NCBI GenBank assembly: GCA_001821395.1
Contig: MHLM01000008.1
Coordinates: forward strand, 1 to 31,115
Direction of reading: 5' to 3'
DNA from: Candidatus Lloydbacteria bacterium RIFCSPHIGHO2_02_FULL_50_18
GTDB taxonomy: Bacteria > Patescibacteriota > Minisyncoccia > Phycocordibacterales > UBA6899
DNA length: 31,115 bases
The stretch's first letter is position 1. Each line of letters begins with the position of its first letter. The notes beneath the pieces are model-generated. The model made no database searches. It was given only the letters and a program-made list of their open reading frames with translations, and had not been told where the DNA came from. The translations under genes were made by a program, and so were the position numbers. Positions 14,568 through 23,932 of this stretch are shown here, piece after piece.

Positions 14568-16334
14568 CTATGGTGCAACCGGTTTGCCAAGCACGTCTTT
14601 CACGCGGTCCGGGGTAATACTGTAATAGTGCAGCAGAAATTTCGCGGTACGGATGAACGGCATCGTGAGTGTATGCGACGCGAACGTCGCATTATTTCTC
14701 GGATTGTAGGTATACAGGAATACGATGAACTTCGGGTCATATGCGGGGAAATATCCGAAGAATGTATGCATATATCGGTCATCATAATACCCTCCTCCTA
14801 ATTCGCGCGGACGCGCGATCTGCGCTGTTCCCGTTTTTGCGGCAATGGAATATTCGGGTATCCTTACTGTTCCTCCGAGCAACGCCTTATCGACCACAGT
14901 GACCAGCATGCGCGTGATCTCTTCGGATGTTTCCGGTTTGATGACCTGTTCAGGAGGATTCGGAGTGAACTTTTTGACCTTGCCGTTCGTATAGCGGATC
15001 TCATCGACCACATGAGGAGTGATCGTCACTCCGCCGTTCCCAAGCACCGAAAGCGCGGTCACCATATTGATGGGCGTAAGCGCAATTCCCTGACCGAACG
15101 AGGCGGTCGCGTATTCGATGTTCCGTTTCGAGGTGAGATTGGTCATGAGGCCCTGTCGTTCACCGGGCAGATCAATACCGGTCTCGTCACCGAGATGAAA
15201 TTTATTCTGTAGGTAATCTGCAAAACGCTCATTGCCAAGCTTGCTAACCACAAATGCGACTCCCGTGTTGAGTGATTGATTGAGCACGTCCTGCATGGTC
15301 GTGCCGGGACCTCTGCCTCGTCCGTCATAGTTACTGAAGGTCTTCTTGTCCATCGTCATCCGACCGAGATCATCGTACGTCGTATTTGCCGTTACGACCC
15401 CCGCGTCGAGCCCTGCCGCCATCGTGAGCGGCTTTACGATCGAGCCCATTTCATAAACGTCTTGCACCAACGGATCGGCAAAGATAGTGCCATCTTTGAC
15501 CTTATTATATTCATTGAGATCAAATGATGGGCTTACCGCCATCGCATAGATCGCACCTGTTTTGGGATCCATGATGATGCCGCCTGACTGATCGGAATGC
15601 CATTCATCCATGACATTCTGGAGCTCTTTTTCAAGATACCCCTGAACAGTCGGTTCGATCGTCAGCACGAGATCGGCTTCTTGTTCTTTGTCGCTGTCAA
15701 AAAGCGTATCGCTGAGATTGGTGAACAACTCGGCAAAAAAATTGATATAGAGATCGTCTGCACGCCGAGCGAGGATGTCATTGTAGTAGGACTCGAGTCC
15801 ATAGCGCCCGATCAGTTCATTTCCCTGATTGCCAAATCCGACAAACCCCAAGACCTGCGCAGCAAGCTGTCCCCCGGGATAGTACCGCCACGTCTCACGA
15901 AAGATCTTCACACCGGGGATACCAAGCTCCATCAGCGCGTTGGCTTTTTCCTCCGGAACGCGTTTCGCTATCTCTTCGTACGGATCGTCGTTCTTGTTCG
16001 CTTTCTCGATGAATGCATCGTGCGCGACATCGATAATAGCGGCAATCGCCTTGTATGACGCTTCTTTGTCGGTAAGCAATTTCGGAGTGATCGAGACCAC
16101 ATAACCACTATTGATGGTCGCCCCCGTGACGAGTCGGTCGTCTTTTTGCTTAAAATAAACGGTTCCACGATCAAAAAGATTAGGAATGGTGGACACATAC
16201 TGCTTTTCGGCTTCAGCGCGGAATTCCTTGCCATGGATCACCTGCAGATAGTACAGGCGTGCGATAAAAATAATACTGAAAAAGATGATGAAACCTGACA
16301 GTATGCGAAGTCGGGATCGTGACTGAGGCGACAT
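14568..16334 (-). CDS. ftsI: Penicillin-binding protein, class B transpeptidase (FtsI/PBP3-like)
   Basis: N-terminal TM. SxxK (GSIVKP) and KTG (AAKTGTA) motifs. Sits between ftsL and murF. Confidence 0.85.
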   Translation of the reverse strand: MSPQSRSRLRILSGFIIFFSIIFIARLYYLQVIHGKEFRAEAEKQYVSTIPNLFDRGTVYFKQKDDRLVTGATINSGYVVSITPKLLTDKEASYKAIAAIIDVAHDAFIEKANKNDDPYEEIAKRVPEEKANALMELGIPGVKIFRETWRYYPGGQLAAQVLGFVGFGNQGNELIGRYGLESYYNDILARRADDLYINFFAELFTNLSDTLFDSDKEQEADLVLTIEPTVQGYLEKELQNVMDEWHSDQSGGIIMDPKTGAIYAMAVSPSFDLNEYNKVKDGTIFADPLVQDVYEMGSIVKPLTMAAGLDAGVVTANTTYDDLGRMTMDKKTFSNYDGRGRGPGTTMQDVLNQSLNTGVAFVVSKLGNERFADYLQNKFHLGDETGIDLPGERQGLMTNLTSKRNIEYATASFGQGIALTPINMVTALSVLGNGGVTITPHVVDEIRYTNGKVKKFTPNPPEQVIKPETSEEITRMLVTVVDKALLGGTVRIPEYSIAAKTGTAQIARPRELGGGYYDDRYMHTFFGYFPAYDPKFIVFLYTYNPRNNATFASHTLTMPFIRTAKFLLHYYSITPDRVKDVLGKPVAP

Positions 16335-16337
16335 ACG

Positions 16338-16670
16338 CTACCGTGCGTCATTGCCATTGCGTAACGTGAACGTATCACGTGCGGCACCGCGGCTAATATA
16401 GCGAGGAACAGCAATGTCCATAAAACCTTGTGCATGTGCCATATCGAGACTGATACGTTTATCAAGCGACACATACTGCGATTCTAATACTGAAATTTTT
16501 GCGGAAAGCTTATCGAGATCCCGCTCGGCGGTACGTCGCCCGATGACCGCGTAGACCGACACACTTAAAAAATAGAGATAGGCGACCATCACCAGACCCG
16601 TGAGCACGAGCAGTGTCCAAAATATCTTACGATCATATTCCTCGAACTGTGTAAGGAGTGACTCGACCAT
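16338..16670 (-). CDS. ftsL: Cell division protein FtsL-like (small bitopic membrane protein with coiled coil)
   Basis: 110 aa with a single TM (IFWTLLVLTGLVMVAYLYFL) then a coiled-coil-like segment. Positioned between rsmH and ftsI as in canonical dcw clusters. Confidence 0.6.
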   Translation of the reverse strand: MVESLLTQFEEYDRKIFWTLLVLTGLVMVAYLYFLSVSVYAVIGRRTAERDLDKLSAKISVLESQYVSLDKRISLDMAHAQGFMDIAVPRYISRGAARDTFTLRNGNDAR

Positions 16671-16891
16671 GATAATCAGGCCATGAATCTTATACGCTCA
16701 CGAATAATGAAGAACCGTCCGCGGCGAGGAGCGGTAGATTTTACAAAACGAGAACGAACCGCAATGGGCACATAGCGGTCTATCGTAGCACGATAGGTGA
16801 TCAGTAATTTAGTCATAGTGTAAGGAACGATGATCCTCTGTTGAAATGGCGTTCAAAGAGAAACATTGGCATGATAAAACTTGATAAACTT

Positions 16892-17782
16892 CTACATCTT
16901 TTCAACGACTCGGAGCTTAGCGCTCCTTGCTCTCGGATTTTCTGCTAATTCATTCTCACTCGGAGTAACAGGCTTCTTGGTTACGAGGTCGACCACGCCT
17001 TCCCTTGCAAGTGTTCGAAAGGTCTGCTTCACGAGCCGATCTTCGATGCTGTGAAAGGAAATAACGGCAATGCGTCCACCCGGTCTCATGTGCGGAAGTA
17101 TCCCTTTGATACCCGCCTCAATGGCACCAAGCTCGTCGTTGACGGCCATCCGTATGGCCTGAAACGTGCGCGTGGCAAAATGAGTGCGGCCTCGCTGGTA
17201 CCAAGACGGTGTACTTTGGTGGATAACCTCCACAAGCTGCTTGGTCGTCGTGATCCGCTCCACTTTCCTCGCTTCGACGATATGCTTTGCAATTGAGCGC
17301 GCGAAACGCTCTTCACCGAATCCCCGAAGGATGGTCGCGATCGAGTCTTCGCTCCATTGGTTGACCACTGTCTCCGCCGTCACGTCACCTTCCCGGGTGT
17401 TGCGTGCGAACGTCATTGCGAGCGGTTCATCCTTCTGGAACGAGAATCCTCTTCCGGACTCTTCGAGCTGAGTCGAGGATAGTCCGAGATCGAATAGCGC
17501 ACCATCGATCGTTCGTCCTCCATGCACTGCGATCTCCGTACCGAGGTTCCGAAAATTCGTCACAACGGGAATAAAGTTCGTCAGCAAGCGAAGTTCGCTA
17601 ACGGTCGTTTCGGAAAAAACGTTTTCATCCGCATCTGTTGCGATCAAAACTCCTTTTTCCCCGATCAGGGTAGCGATCTGCCGACTGTGGCCACCGCCGC
17701 CGAACGTCGCGTCGACGAATACTCCGCCCGGATGAGGCGCAAGCGATTCGATGACTTCATGTGAAAGAACACTTTTATGCAT
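16892..17782 (-). CDS. rsmH: 16S rRNA (cytosine1402-N4)-methyltransferase RsmH (MraW)
   Basis: The N-terminus HKSVLSHEVIESL..GGVFVDATFGGGGHS is typical of RsmH. It follows mraZ. Confidence 0.9.
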   Translation of the reverse strand: MHKSVLSHEVIESLAPHPGGVFVDATFGGGGHSRQIATLIGEKGVLIATDADENVFSETTVSELRLLTNFIPVVTNFRNLGTEIAVHGGRTIDGALFDLGLSSTQLEESGRGFSFQKDEPLAMTFARNTREGDVTAETVVNQWSEDSIATILRGFGEERFARSIAKHIVEARKVERITTTKQLVEVIHQSTPSWYQRGRTHFATRTFQAIRMAVNDELGAIEAGIKGILPHMRPGGRIAVISFHSIEDRLVKQTFRTLAREGVVDLVTKKPVTPSENELAENPRARSAKLRVVEKM

Positions 17783-17877
17783 ATGATCTCAGATAATAAA
17801 TTCGAACGACCTGCATCCGTCGTTCGTTTCTTGCGGTGACTGATTCTCGGCAAGAAACGAAAGACTGATAACTGTCT

Positions 17878-18312
17878 TTAAAATACCCCACGCGCACCAA
17901 GCTCTTCCGCCATCCTGTCCGCATCGGCGACCATTTGGGCCTTGTAAGACTTCCATGCATCCTCGTCCCAGACCTCGACTCGGTCATAAGCACCCGTCAG
18001 CACCACCTTCTCTTTAAGGCTTGCATAGAGCTTGAGGGCATCGGGAATGACGATGCGCCCGATGGCGTCTATCTCTACCTCAAATGCACCCGAGAGCATC
18101 GTGCGGGAGAACCCACGGTCCTCGGACTTTCCCATTGAAAGCCTCGAAAGCTTCTCGGCGAACACTTTCCACTCTTTCGGCGGATAAATGGAAAGACACT
18201 TGTTAAGTCCAAGTGTGATAATCGCCTTCTTTCCGAGATCCTTACGGAACTTTGCCGGAACGGAAAGGCGCTTTTTATCGTCGACGCTATGAATGTATTC
18301 TCCGATGAACAT
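17878..18312 (-). CDS. mraZ: Transcriptional regulator MraZ
   Basis: Internal ATG at 18312 gives MFIGEYIHSVDDKKRLSVPAKFR plus a second DxxxR repeat (EVEIDAIGRIVIP), which is the typical duplicated MraZ domain. The upstream extension of the track ORF is unlikely to be coding. Confidence 0.85.
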   Translation of the reverse strand: MFIGEYIHSVDDKKRLSVPAKFRKDLGKKAIITLGLNKCLSIYPPKEWKVFAEKLSRLSMGKSEDRGFSRTMLSGAFEVEIDAIGRIVIPDALKLYASLKEKVVLTGAYDRVEVWDEDAWKSYKAQMVADADRMAEELGARGVF

Positions 18313-18659
18313 AAAGAAGTTTTTACTTTGACACATTTCATCATTGAAGGCTTCGCGACTCGATTCAACGTAATGCCTCATACGTCTCACTTCGTCTCTC
18401 GCCTTCACCTCGAACTGTGTCAAATTAAGAATTTCTTCATTTATCAGGATCTTGATGGGAGCCCTGACATTGGCGCACTCTACCGTGAAGATTGCGCCAA
18501 TGTCAGTGTTCCGTTCGTTCGCACCATGCACTACTCGCCTCTTCGCCCCTATTTAAGACAGATCCCCCGCACCGTCACACTCCCACAAGCGGACAATACA
18601 GGGGCTTTCGTTCTGCCATACGCACCATCCCATTGTTGAAGTTTGGGATCTCGTTTTAC

Positions 18660-18745
18660 CGATTTCCCACTTTCTCCCACATGCACACCATTGTATCCCA
18701 CCATGTACCACCCTGCAACCACAGTTATCCACAGTCTCCCACAGG
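18660..18745 (-). promoter_or_regulatory. Array of GTGGG(A) direct repeats at ~10-bp periodicity (MraZ-box-like operator / Pmra region)
   Basis: On the plus strand CCCAC sits at 18666, 18676 and 18697, TCCAC at 18728 and CCCAC at 18738. On the minus strand that reads GTGGGAgaaaGTGGGA and so on, matching the TGGGN direct-repeat architecture bound by MraZ. Confidence 0.45.
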
Positions 18746-18854
18746 GGACGTACTACAACACAAAACAAGCCTAAAACGTTAAAAACGTTCGGCCAAAGAA
18801 AAAACCGCCTTAAAAAGACGGCTTGCCACAAAACTATTTGCTCATTTGGGACTT

Positions 18855-19124
18855 CTACTTCTTTGCATACATCCATTTCACGAAATCACCCAGGATGATG
18901 ATCCAACAGAGTCCCGTCACAAGGAGAATATACCAGCCTGCAGGTACCAATCCAAACATGATCAAAAACGTGAGTAATATGCCCAGAGTCCACCCAAACC
19001 AGCTGTCCCGACGACTTTTCTTTAATAGCATCTTCTTCTTATATGCGTCGACAGCCTCTTTGCAACAATCTTTCAGGCATTCGCCAGATTTCATTTCGTC
19101 CATACATTTCTCCCATATGTACAT
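18855..19124 (-). CDS. Small membrane protein (89 aa) with Cys-rich N-terminus
   Basis: Cys-containing N-terminal segment (CMDEMKSGECLKDCC) followed by two hydrophobic helices. Confidence 0.4.
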   Translation of the reverse strand: MYIWEKCMDEMKSGECLKDCCKEAVDAYKKKMLLKKSRRDSWFGWTLGILLTFLIMFGLVPAGWYILLVTGLCWIIILGDFVKWMYAKK

Positions 19125-19199
19125 TCAGTCTGGTTCACATCCTACACAATTTTTGCTGTATGTACATGCGCCGGACGTGACAAAAAAATGAGTCGCGAG

Positions 19200-19439
19200 T
19201 CACAATTCATCAAGGCATTGCTTCAGGTACAAACGCGCACGATGGAGCTTTTGAAACATAATGAAGAACACAACGCCAAACGCCATGAGACACACCGCTT
19301 GCCCGCCGGACGGCATCCCTTCGAAAAAATACTCGATCATTACAAAACCCACAGCAAGTAACACCGTGAGTGCAGCGATCCAAAGCACGCAAAGTTGTTT
19401 TGCGAGACGTAAATTGCATTGTATTCCGTTCTCATCCAT
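19200..19439 (-). CDS. Small membrane protein (79 aa)
   Basis: Two predicted TM helices (LCVLWIAALTVLLAVGFVMI, AVCLMAFGVVFFIMF). The overlapping ORF in another frame is Cys/Arg-rich and looks non-coding. Confidence 0.4.
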   Translation of the reverse strand: MDENGIQCNLRLAKQLCVLWIAALTVLLAVGFVMIEYFFEGMPSGGQAVCLMAFGVVFFIMFQKLHRARLYLKQCLDEL

Positions 19440-19545
19440 TTATTTCTCCTCAACGTATTCAATCTGACATACATCCTACTTACTCTTGCCGGCTTGTAAA
19501 GAAAATATCCAAAATCACGCTTGGATGTTTTTATATTCCCATGCC

Positions 19546-21003
19546 CTACTTCGGCCTCATCAGCGGAAAGAGTTGTGCTTCGCGGATCGGCTTGTTCGCG
19601 AGGAATGCAAAGAAGCGTTCTGAAACTCCGAAGCCGCAGGTCGGCGGCATGCCATGCTCAAGCGCCTCGACGAATTCGTGATCGAACATCTGCGCTTCAT
19701 CGTCGCCCGCATCGCGCATATCCTGCTGTGTCTGGAAACGTGCCCGCTGATCGATCGGGTCGTTCAACTCACTATACCCCTTCCCTATTTCGCTCCCTGC
19801 GATGATCGGCTGGAATTGCTCAACGGTCTTTCCGTCCTTTGAAAGTTTTGCCAAGGGTGACATTTCTACGGGAACATTAATAAGGAATCCCGGTCCTCCA
19901 ATCTTCTTGCGGCAGTACTTCCAGAGCGTGTCGGTGGCGCGAATACGGTTCCAGCCTTTTTTGTCATATTCCACCTTGAGACGCTTCAAGGCTCCTTCGA
20001 TGTCCTCCATCGAGGCTACGTTGATATCGATATCCGTGAACTTCTTGATCGTCTCGGCATAATCATAGCGCTCCCATTTCGCTCCGAGATCAACGGTAAA
20101 GCTGCCTATCGTAAATTGAAGCGTTCCAAATGCTTCCTGCGCCACGTGTTTATACATGCGCTCGACAAGTTCCATACCGTCTTCATAGTTCGCATAACCC
20201 CAATAGAACTCGAGCTGCGTGTAGTCCTGCGCGTGTTCGGGGCTGACGCCTTCATTGCGAAAGATGCGGCCGATCTCGAAGACCTTGTTGTAGCCCGCGA
20301 CCATGAGACGCTTCTGCCAGAGTTCGCCACACGAGATGCGGAGAAACACATCCATGTCGAGGGCATTGTGATGTGTCTTGAAGGGCCGAGCATCTGCTCC
20401 GCCTGTCGTATTTTCGAGGACGGGTGTTTCTACCTCAAGGAAACCTTCCGCGAGCATGAAGGAGCGTATCGCATTCCAAAATTTTGATTTCTTCACAAAA
20501 AGTTCGCGGAGCTCCGGGTCGAGCATAATGTCGAGATAGCGTTTGCGGAGCTTCTCGTCTTCATCCTGTAGACCGTGCCATTTCTCGGGAAGCGGAAGGA
20601 GGGACTTCGCCCCCATCACCCACGTTTTCGCCATAATGCTTTCTTCGCCCCGCTGTGTCGTGAAGAGTTCCCCTGTCACGGAGATGAAATCACCTACGTC
20701 GATGATTGAACCAAAAAAGGCCATCTCGTCATCGCCGATAACATCCTTCTTGAAAACGACCTGAAATTTTTCCGTACCGTCATTTAAGACCACGAACTGA
20801 ATGGCTCCCTGTCCGCGCACCACCATGACGCGACCTGCGATCGAAATTTCTTTTTTTGCTTCGAGTAATGCCGTGAAATTCGCACGAACATGATCGAGTG
20901 AAAAGTCGCGAGGAATCTTATTTGGATACGGCGCTCGCCCCGCCTCTTTCAAAAGACCGATTTTCTTAAGTCGCTCTACGCGTAATTCTTCAATTGAGGC
21001 CAT
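19546..21003 (-). CDS. lysS: Lysyl-tRNA synthetase, class II
   Basis: 485 aa with an N-terminal OB anticodon-binding region and class II core motifs (FEIGRIFRNEG and a GGxGxGxxR-like segment). Confidence 0.9.
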   Translation of the reverse strand: MASIEELRVERLKKIGLLKEAGRAPYPNKIPRDFSLDHVRANFTALLEAKKEISIAGRVMVVRGQGAIQFVVLNDGTEKFQVVFKKDVIGDDEMAFFGSIIDVGDFISVTGELFTTQRGEESIMAKTWVMGAKSLLPLPEKWHGLQDEDEKLRKRYLDIMLDPELRELFVKKSKFWNAIRSFMLAEGFLEVETPVLENTTGGADARPFKTHHNALDMDVFLRISCGELWQKRLMVAGYNKVFEIGRIFRNEGVSPEHAQDYTQLEFYWGYANYEDGMELVERMYKHVAQEAFGTLQFTIGSFTVDLGAKWERYDYAETIKKFTDIDINVASMEDIEGALKRLKVEYDKKGWNRIRATDTLWKYCRKKIGGPGFLINVPVEMSPLAKLSKDGKTVEQFQPIIAGSEIGKGYSELNDPIDQRARFQTQQDMRDAGDDEAQMFDHEFVEALEHGMPPTCGFGVSERFFAFLANKPIREAQLFPLMRPK

Positions 21004-21146
21004 GATCGGTTCATTCTACCTAACTTTCAGAAATAGTCGAAGTTTGAGGCGACAAGAAAAGCGTGTTCGAGGGGGCATACTTTGAGTATGGTCCCCGAAC
21101 CGCTTTTCGAAGTCAACGATAAAATTCGCTATTTGTGGAAGTTCGG

Positions 21147-21611
21147 CTATTTGATCTCGAGGATCTCACAATGATCCTCTCCACGTGGTGTCGTGCACTT
21201 GAATTCATCCCCCTTTCTTTTTCCCATCAGATTCTCGCCGAGCGGTGATTTGTTCGAGATCTTTCCCGCCTGCACGTCGTTCTCCTCGGAGCCGACGATC
21301 GTGTAGGTCTTTGTCTCCTTACCGCGTTTCAGTGTGACAATTGAGCCAATGCCGACGGCATCGGTCTTGTGTTTATTTCCGACAATAACGGCATTCTTGA
21401 GAATCTCTTCGAGAACGGCAATACGTTCCTCGACTCCCGCCTGCGCTTCGCGTGCCGAATGATATTCAGCATTTTCCGAAAGGTCACCAAGCGCCTTTGC
21501 TGCCTCAAGTGCTTCGGCTATTTCCTTGCGCTTTATGTGGGTTAAAAAATCAAGTTCTTCTTTTAGCTCGTCATGCTTCTCGCGGCTGAGATATTCTTTT
21601 TGTGTATCCAT
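21147..21611 (-). CDS. greA: Transcription elongation factor GreA
   Basis: Internal ATG at 21611 gives MDTQKEYLSREKHDELKEELDFL (coiled-coil N-terminal domain) and an FKBP-like C-terminus. The upstream extension is Arg-rich and unlikely to be coding. Confidence 0.85.
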   Translation of the reverse strand: MDTQKEYLSREKHDELKEELDFLTHIKRKEIAEALEAAKALGDLSENAEYHSAREAQAGVEERIAVLEEILKNAVIVGNKHKTDAVGIGSIVTLKRGKETKTYTIVGSEENDVQAGKISNKSPLGENLMGKRKGDEFKCTTPRGEDHCEILEIK

Positions 21612-21674
21612 AATGTGGCAATATAGCACTTTTTGACGGCCGGAGCAACCACGATTTGAGCGAGCCCGGCGTGA

Positions 21675-21874
21675 ACGAGCGAGAGTTTTTTTTCGCACAC
21701 ATTCCGCACCTAGTACCCCATTAACTTAATTTTGCACCATAAAATCCCCCAATTTCGGCTACGACTAGGGAAAAATTTTTCGAATTAGCTTTGGCTAGTC
21801 CTCAAAATTTTTTCCGTCGTCTCGCTCGCAATTTTTGAATTTTCTCGGTACAAAATTAAATTAACGGGGTACTA
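21675..21874. repeat. Interleaved inverted repeats in the greA-mrdA intergenic region (candidate MITE or structured leader/terminator)
   Basis: 25-bp inverted repeat ctagtaccccattaacttaattttg (21709-21733) paired with caaaattaaattaacggggtactag (21850-21874). It is interleaved with cgagcgagag (21675-84) paired with gtctcgctcgc (21808-18). A central gactag..ctagtc pair sits at 21762 and 21794. Confidence 0.55.
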
Positions 21875-23668
21875 GCGGAGATCGGACGTACTTGTTGCTC
21901 CGGAAGGAGATATAGCCGCCTGTGTACTGCTTCCGATTACGGGTGAAATGACGGCCGGGACATCAAACACGACCGGTGTATCACGACCGAGATATTCATG
22001 AGCATTGCCGGCGAGCCACTTGAAGAGGAGCGCTGCGGTAAAACTTGCGTTCGTGGTATTCCCCTTCACCCCACGATCCATCACTACCGCGAACGCGTAT
22101 TTGGGGTGGTCGTACGGAAAGAATCCAATGACCCACGAATTGACGCGCGCCTTTGTCACACCAAGCTCGGCAGTTCCCGTCTTCGCGGCGATCTTCACAT
22201 AAGGGAAGTTCAATAATTTAGCCGTTCCTTCGATGGCACCCTTCCTCATCCCCTCTTGAATGACCGTGAAATATGCTTCAGGAATATCGAGTTGCGAGGT
22301 TGTCGCGTTGGGAATTTCTTTTGCAAGATGCGGTGTCACGACGCGACCCCTTGATGCGATGACGGAAGCCTCTTTGAGTGCCTGCAGCAATGTCGCCTGC
22401 ATACCATACTGCCCAATGCCGGTGAAATAGGTATCACCGATACGCCATGTCGGATCGTTCGGAAAATTCTTTTCTTTCCATTCGGGGTTTGGTATCGTTC
22501 CTTCTGCCTCACCCTCGAGATCGATGCCTGTCGTGGAACCATAACCGAACATGCGCGCGTACTTTTCGACATTTCGTATTCCGAGGCCTTTTTGATCCTT
22601 ATATCCACCTGCAACTTCATAAAAATACACGTTAGAGGATTGCGCGATTGCTGTACGCATATCCAGCCAACCGTGAGCTTTCCAGTCGTTGAAACGCGTT
22701 TCTTTATCGGGGAAATACGGATTCGGAATAGCGATGTACCCGACACTCTGGATCCGCGTATACGGAGTGAGTATCCCTTCGTTCAATGCGCCCGTAGCGA
22801 ACATCGGCTTCACGATGGAACCCGGTGCATAGAGCCCCGAGATAGCGCGGTTCAGGAATGGTGTACGGATATCGGAATTATATTTTTGTATCGCCGCACG
22901 ATCGTCGCCGGCCGTCATGATATTCGGATCAAAATCGGGATATGAAACGAGTGCGATGAGTTCCCCATTGTCGATGTCCATGATCGCACCTGCCCCCCCG
23001 CGGTAGTCCTGATCATTCGCAATCTTCGCAACAATGCGGTAAAAATTTTCCTGAACCTTGCCGTCAATCGTTAAATGGAGATCAGTACCCGACTGGGGCG
23101 GATCGATGGTGTTCGAAGAAATGACGTTACCCAATGCATCGGTCTCAATGATGCGTAAGCCTTTCTTCCCCTTTAGTATCTCGTTGTAATACGACTCAAT
23201 ACCGATGGGTGCTTCGTAGTCCTTGCGATAATAGACTCCGCTCTTATCACGTGCGGGATAATGGAGAAATCCGAGAATATGACCGAATCCCGGATCGGTA
23301 ATGTAATTGCGGAGCGAAAAACCCAGCGCTTCGGGGGCGGGAATGTTCCATGCGAGCTCAAGTCCATTACGATCATAAATGATGCCGCGTTCGGGAAACA
23401 AAAGCTGATGTTCGAGGCTATTTTGCTCACTGGTCTTGGCATAAACCGCACCCCTACCGATCTGCAGTATGCCTGCACGACCGAGAAAAATCATGGTGAC
23501 GAATAAAAAGAATGCCCCAAGGAGAATGATGGTGGACTTCTTTATCGGCTCCTCGATCCTCCCCTCGAATTGATGCACGTCGAAATCCGGAATATTCTTG
23601 TCATCAAGAAATATTTCATCGGGTGCGATATCCGTATGGTCGTCGTATTTGTTCTTGCGTCTTTTCAT
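21872..23668 (-). CDS. mrdA: Penicillin-binding protein 2 (class B transpeptidase, elongasome)
   Basis: N-terminal TM. SxxK (GSIVKPMFA) and KTG (AAKTGTA) motifs. Immediately downstream of mreBCD. Confidence 0.85.
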   Translation of the reverse strand: MKRRKNKYDDHTDIAPDEIFLDDKNIPDFDVHQFEGRIEEPIKKSTIILLGAFFLFVTMIFLGRAGILQIGRGAVYAKTSEQNSLEHQLLFPERGIIYDRNGLELAWNIPAPEALGFSLRNYITDPGFGHILGFLHYPARDKSGVYYRKDYEAPIGIESYYNEILKGKKGLRIIETDALGNVISSNTIDPPQSGTDLHLTIDGKVQENFYRIVAKIANDQDYRGGAGAIMDIDNGELIALVSYPDFDPNIMTAGDDRAAIQKYNSDIRTPFLNRAISGLYAPGSIVKPMFATGALNEGILTPYTRIQSVGYIAIPNPYFPDKETRFNDWKAHGWLDMRTAIAQSSNVYFYEVAGGYKDQKGLGIRNVEKYARMFGYGSTTGIDLEGEAEGTIPNPEWKEKNFPNDPTWRIGDTYFTGIGQYGMQATLLQALKEASVIASRGRVVTPHLAKEIPNATTSQLDIPEAYFTVIQEGMRKGAIEGTAKLLNFPYVKIAAKTGTAELGVTKARVNSWVIGFFPYDHPKYAFAVVMDRGVKGNTTNASFTAALLFKWLAGNAHEYLGRDTPVVFDVPAVISPVIGSSTQAAISPSGATSTSDLR

Positions 23669-23931
23669 AGCGTTCGTTCACGGATGCGACCGCGGATCCA
23701 TTCATTCGTAAAGAGCGCGAGGAGTGCGTATGCGGGAAGCGGCACGGACAAATAGAGCGGGGCCGCATCAGGAAGAGTGCCACGGAACATAAGTTCATAA
23801 AGCGCATACGCAAAAATGACCTCATACCAACGAGGGATCATAAAGATGCCGACAGCAGAAACTAGAAGGACAACCCAAAACGGCGCGAAAAGCACTGCAC
23901 AAAAAAGAATGAGATCAAAAAGTACTCTCAT
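23665..23931 (-). CDS. mreD: Rod shape-determining protein MreD-like (small polytopic membrane protein)
   Basis: 88-aa hydrophobic protein between mreC and mrdA. It overlaps mrdA by 4 nt. Confidence 0.55.
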   Translation of the reverse strand: MRVLFDLILFCAVLFAPFWVVLLVSAVGIFMIPRWYEVIFAYALYELMFRGTLPDAAPLYLSVPLPAYALLALFTNEWIRGRIRERTL

Positions 23932-23932
23932 G

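Noticed and set aside
17878-18531. Full 217-aa mraZ ORF and full 183-aa greA ORF (21147-21698) from the track
   Set aside because: In both cases the conserved family N-terminus (MFIGEY.. for MraZ, MDTQKEYLS.. for GreA) begins at an internal ATG. The upstream extensions are Arg-rich and absent from these families.
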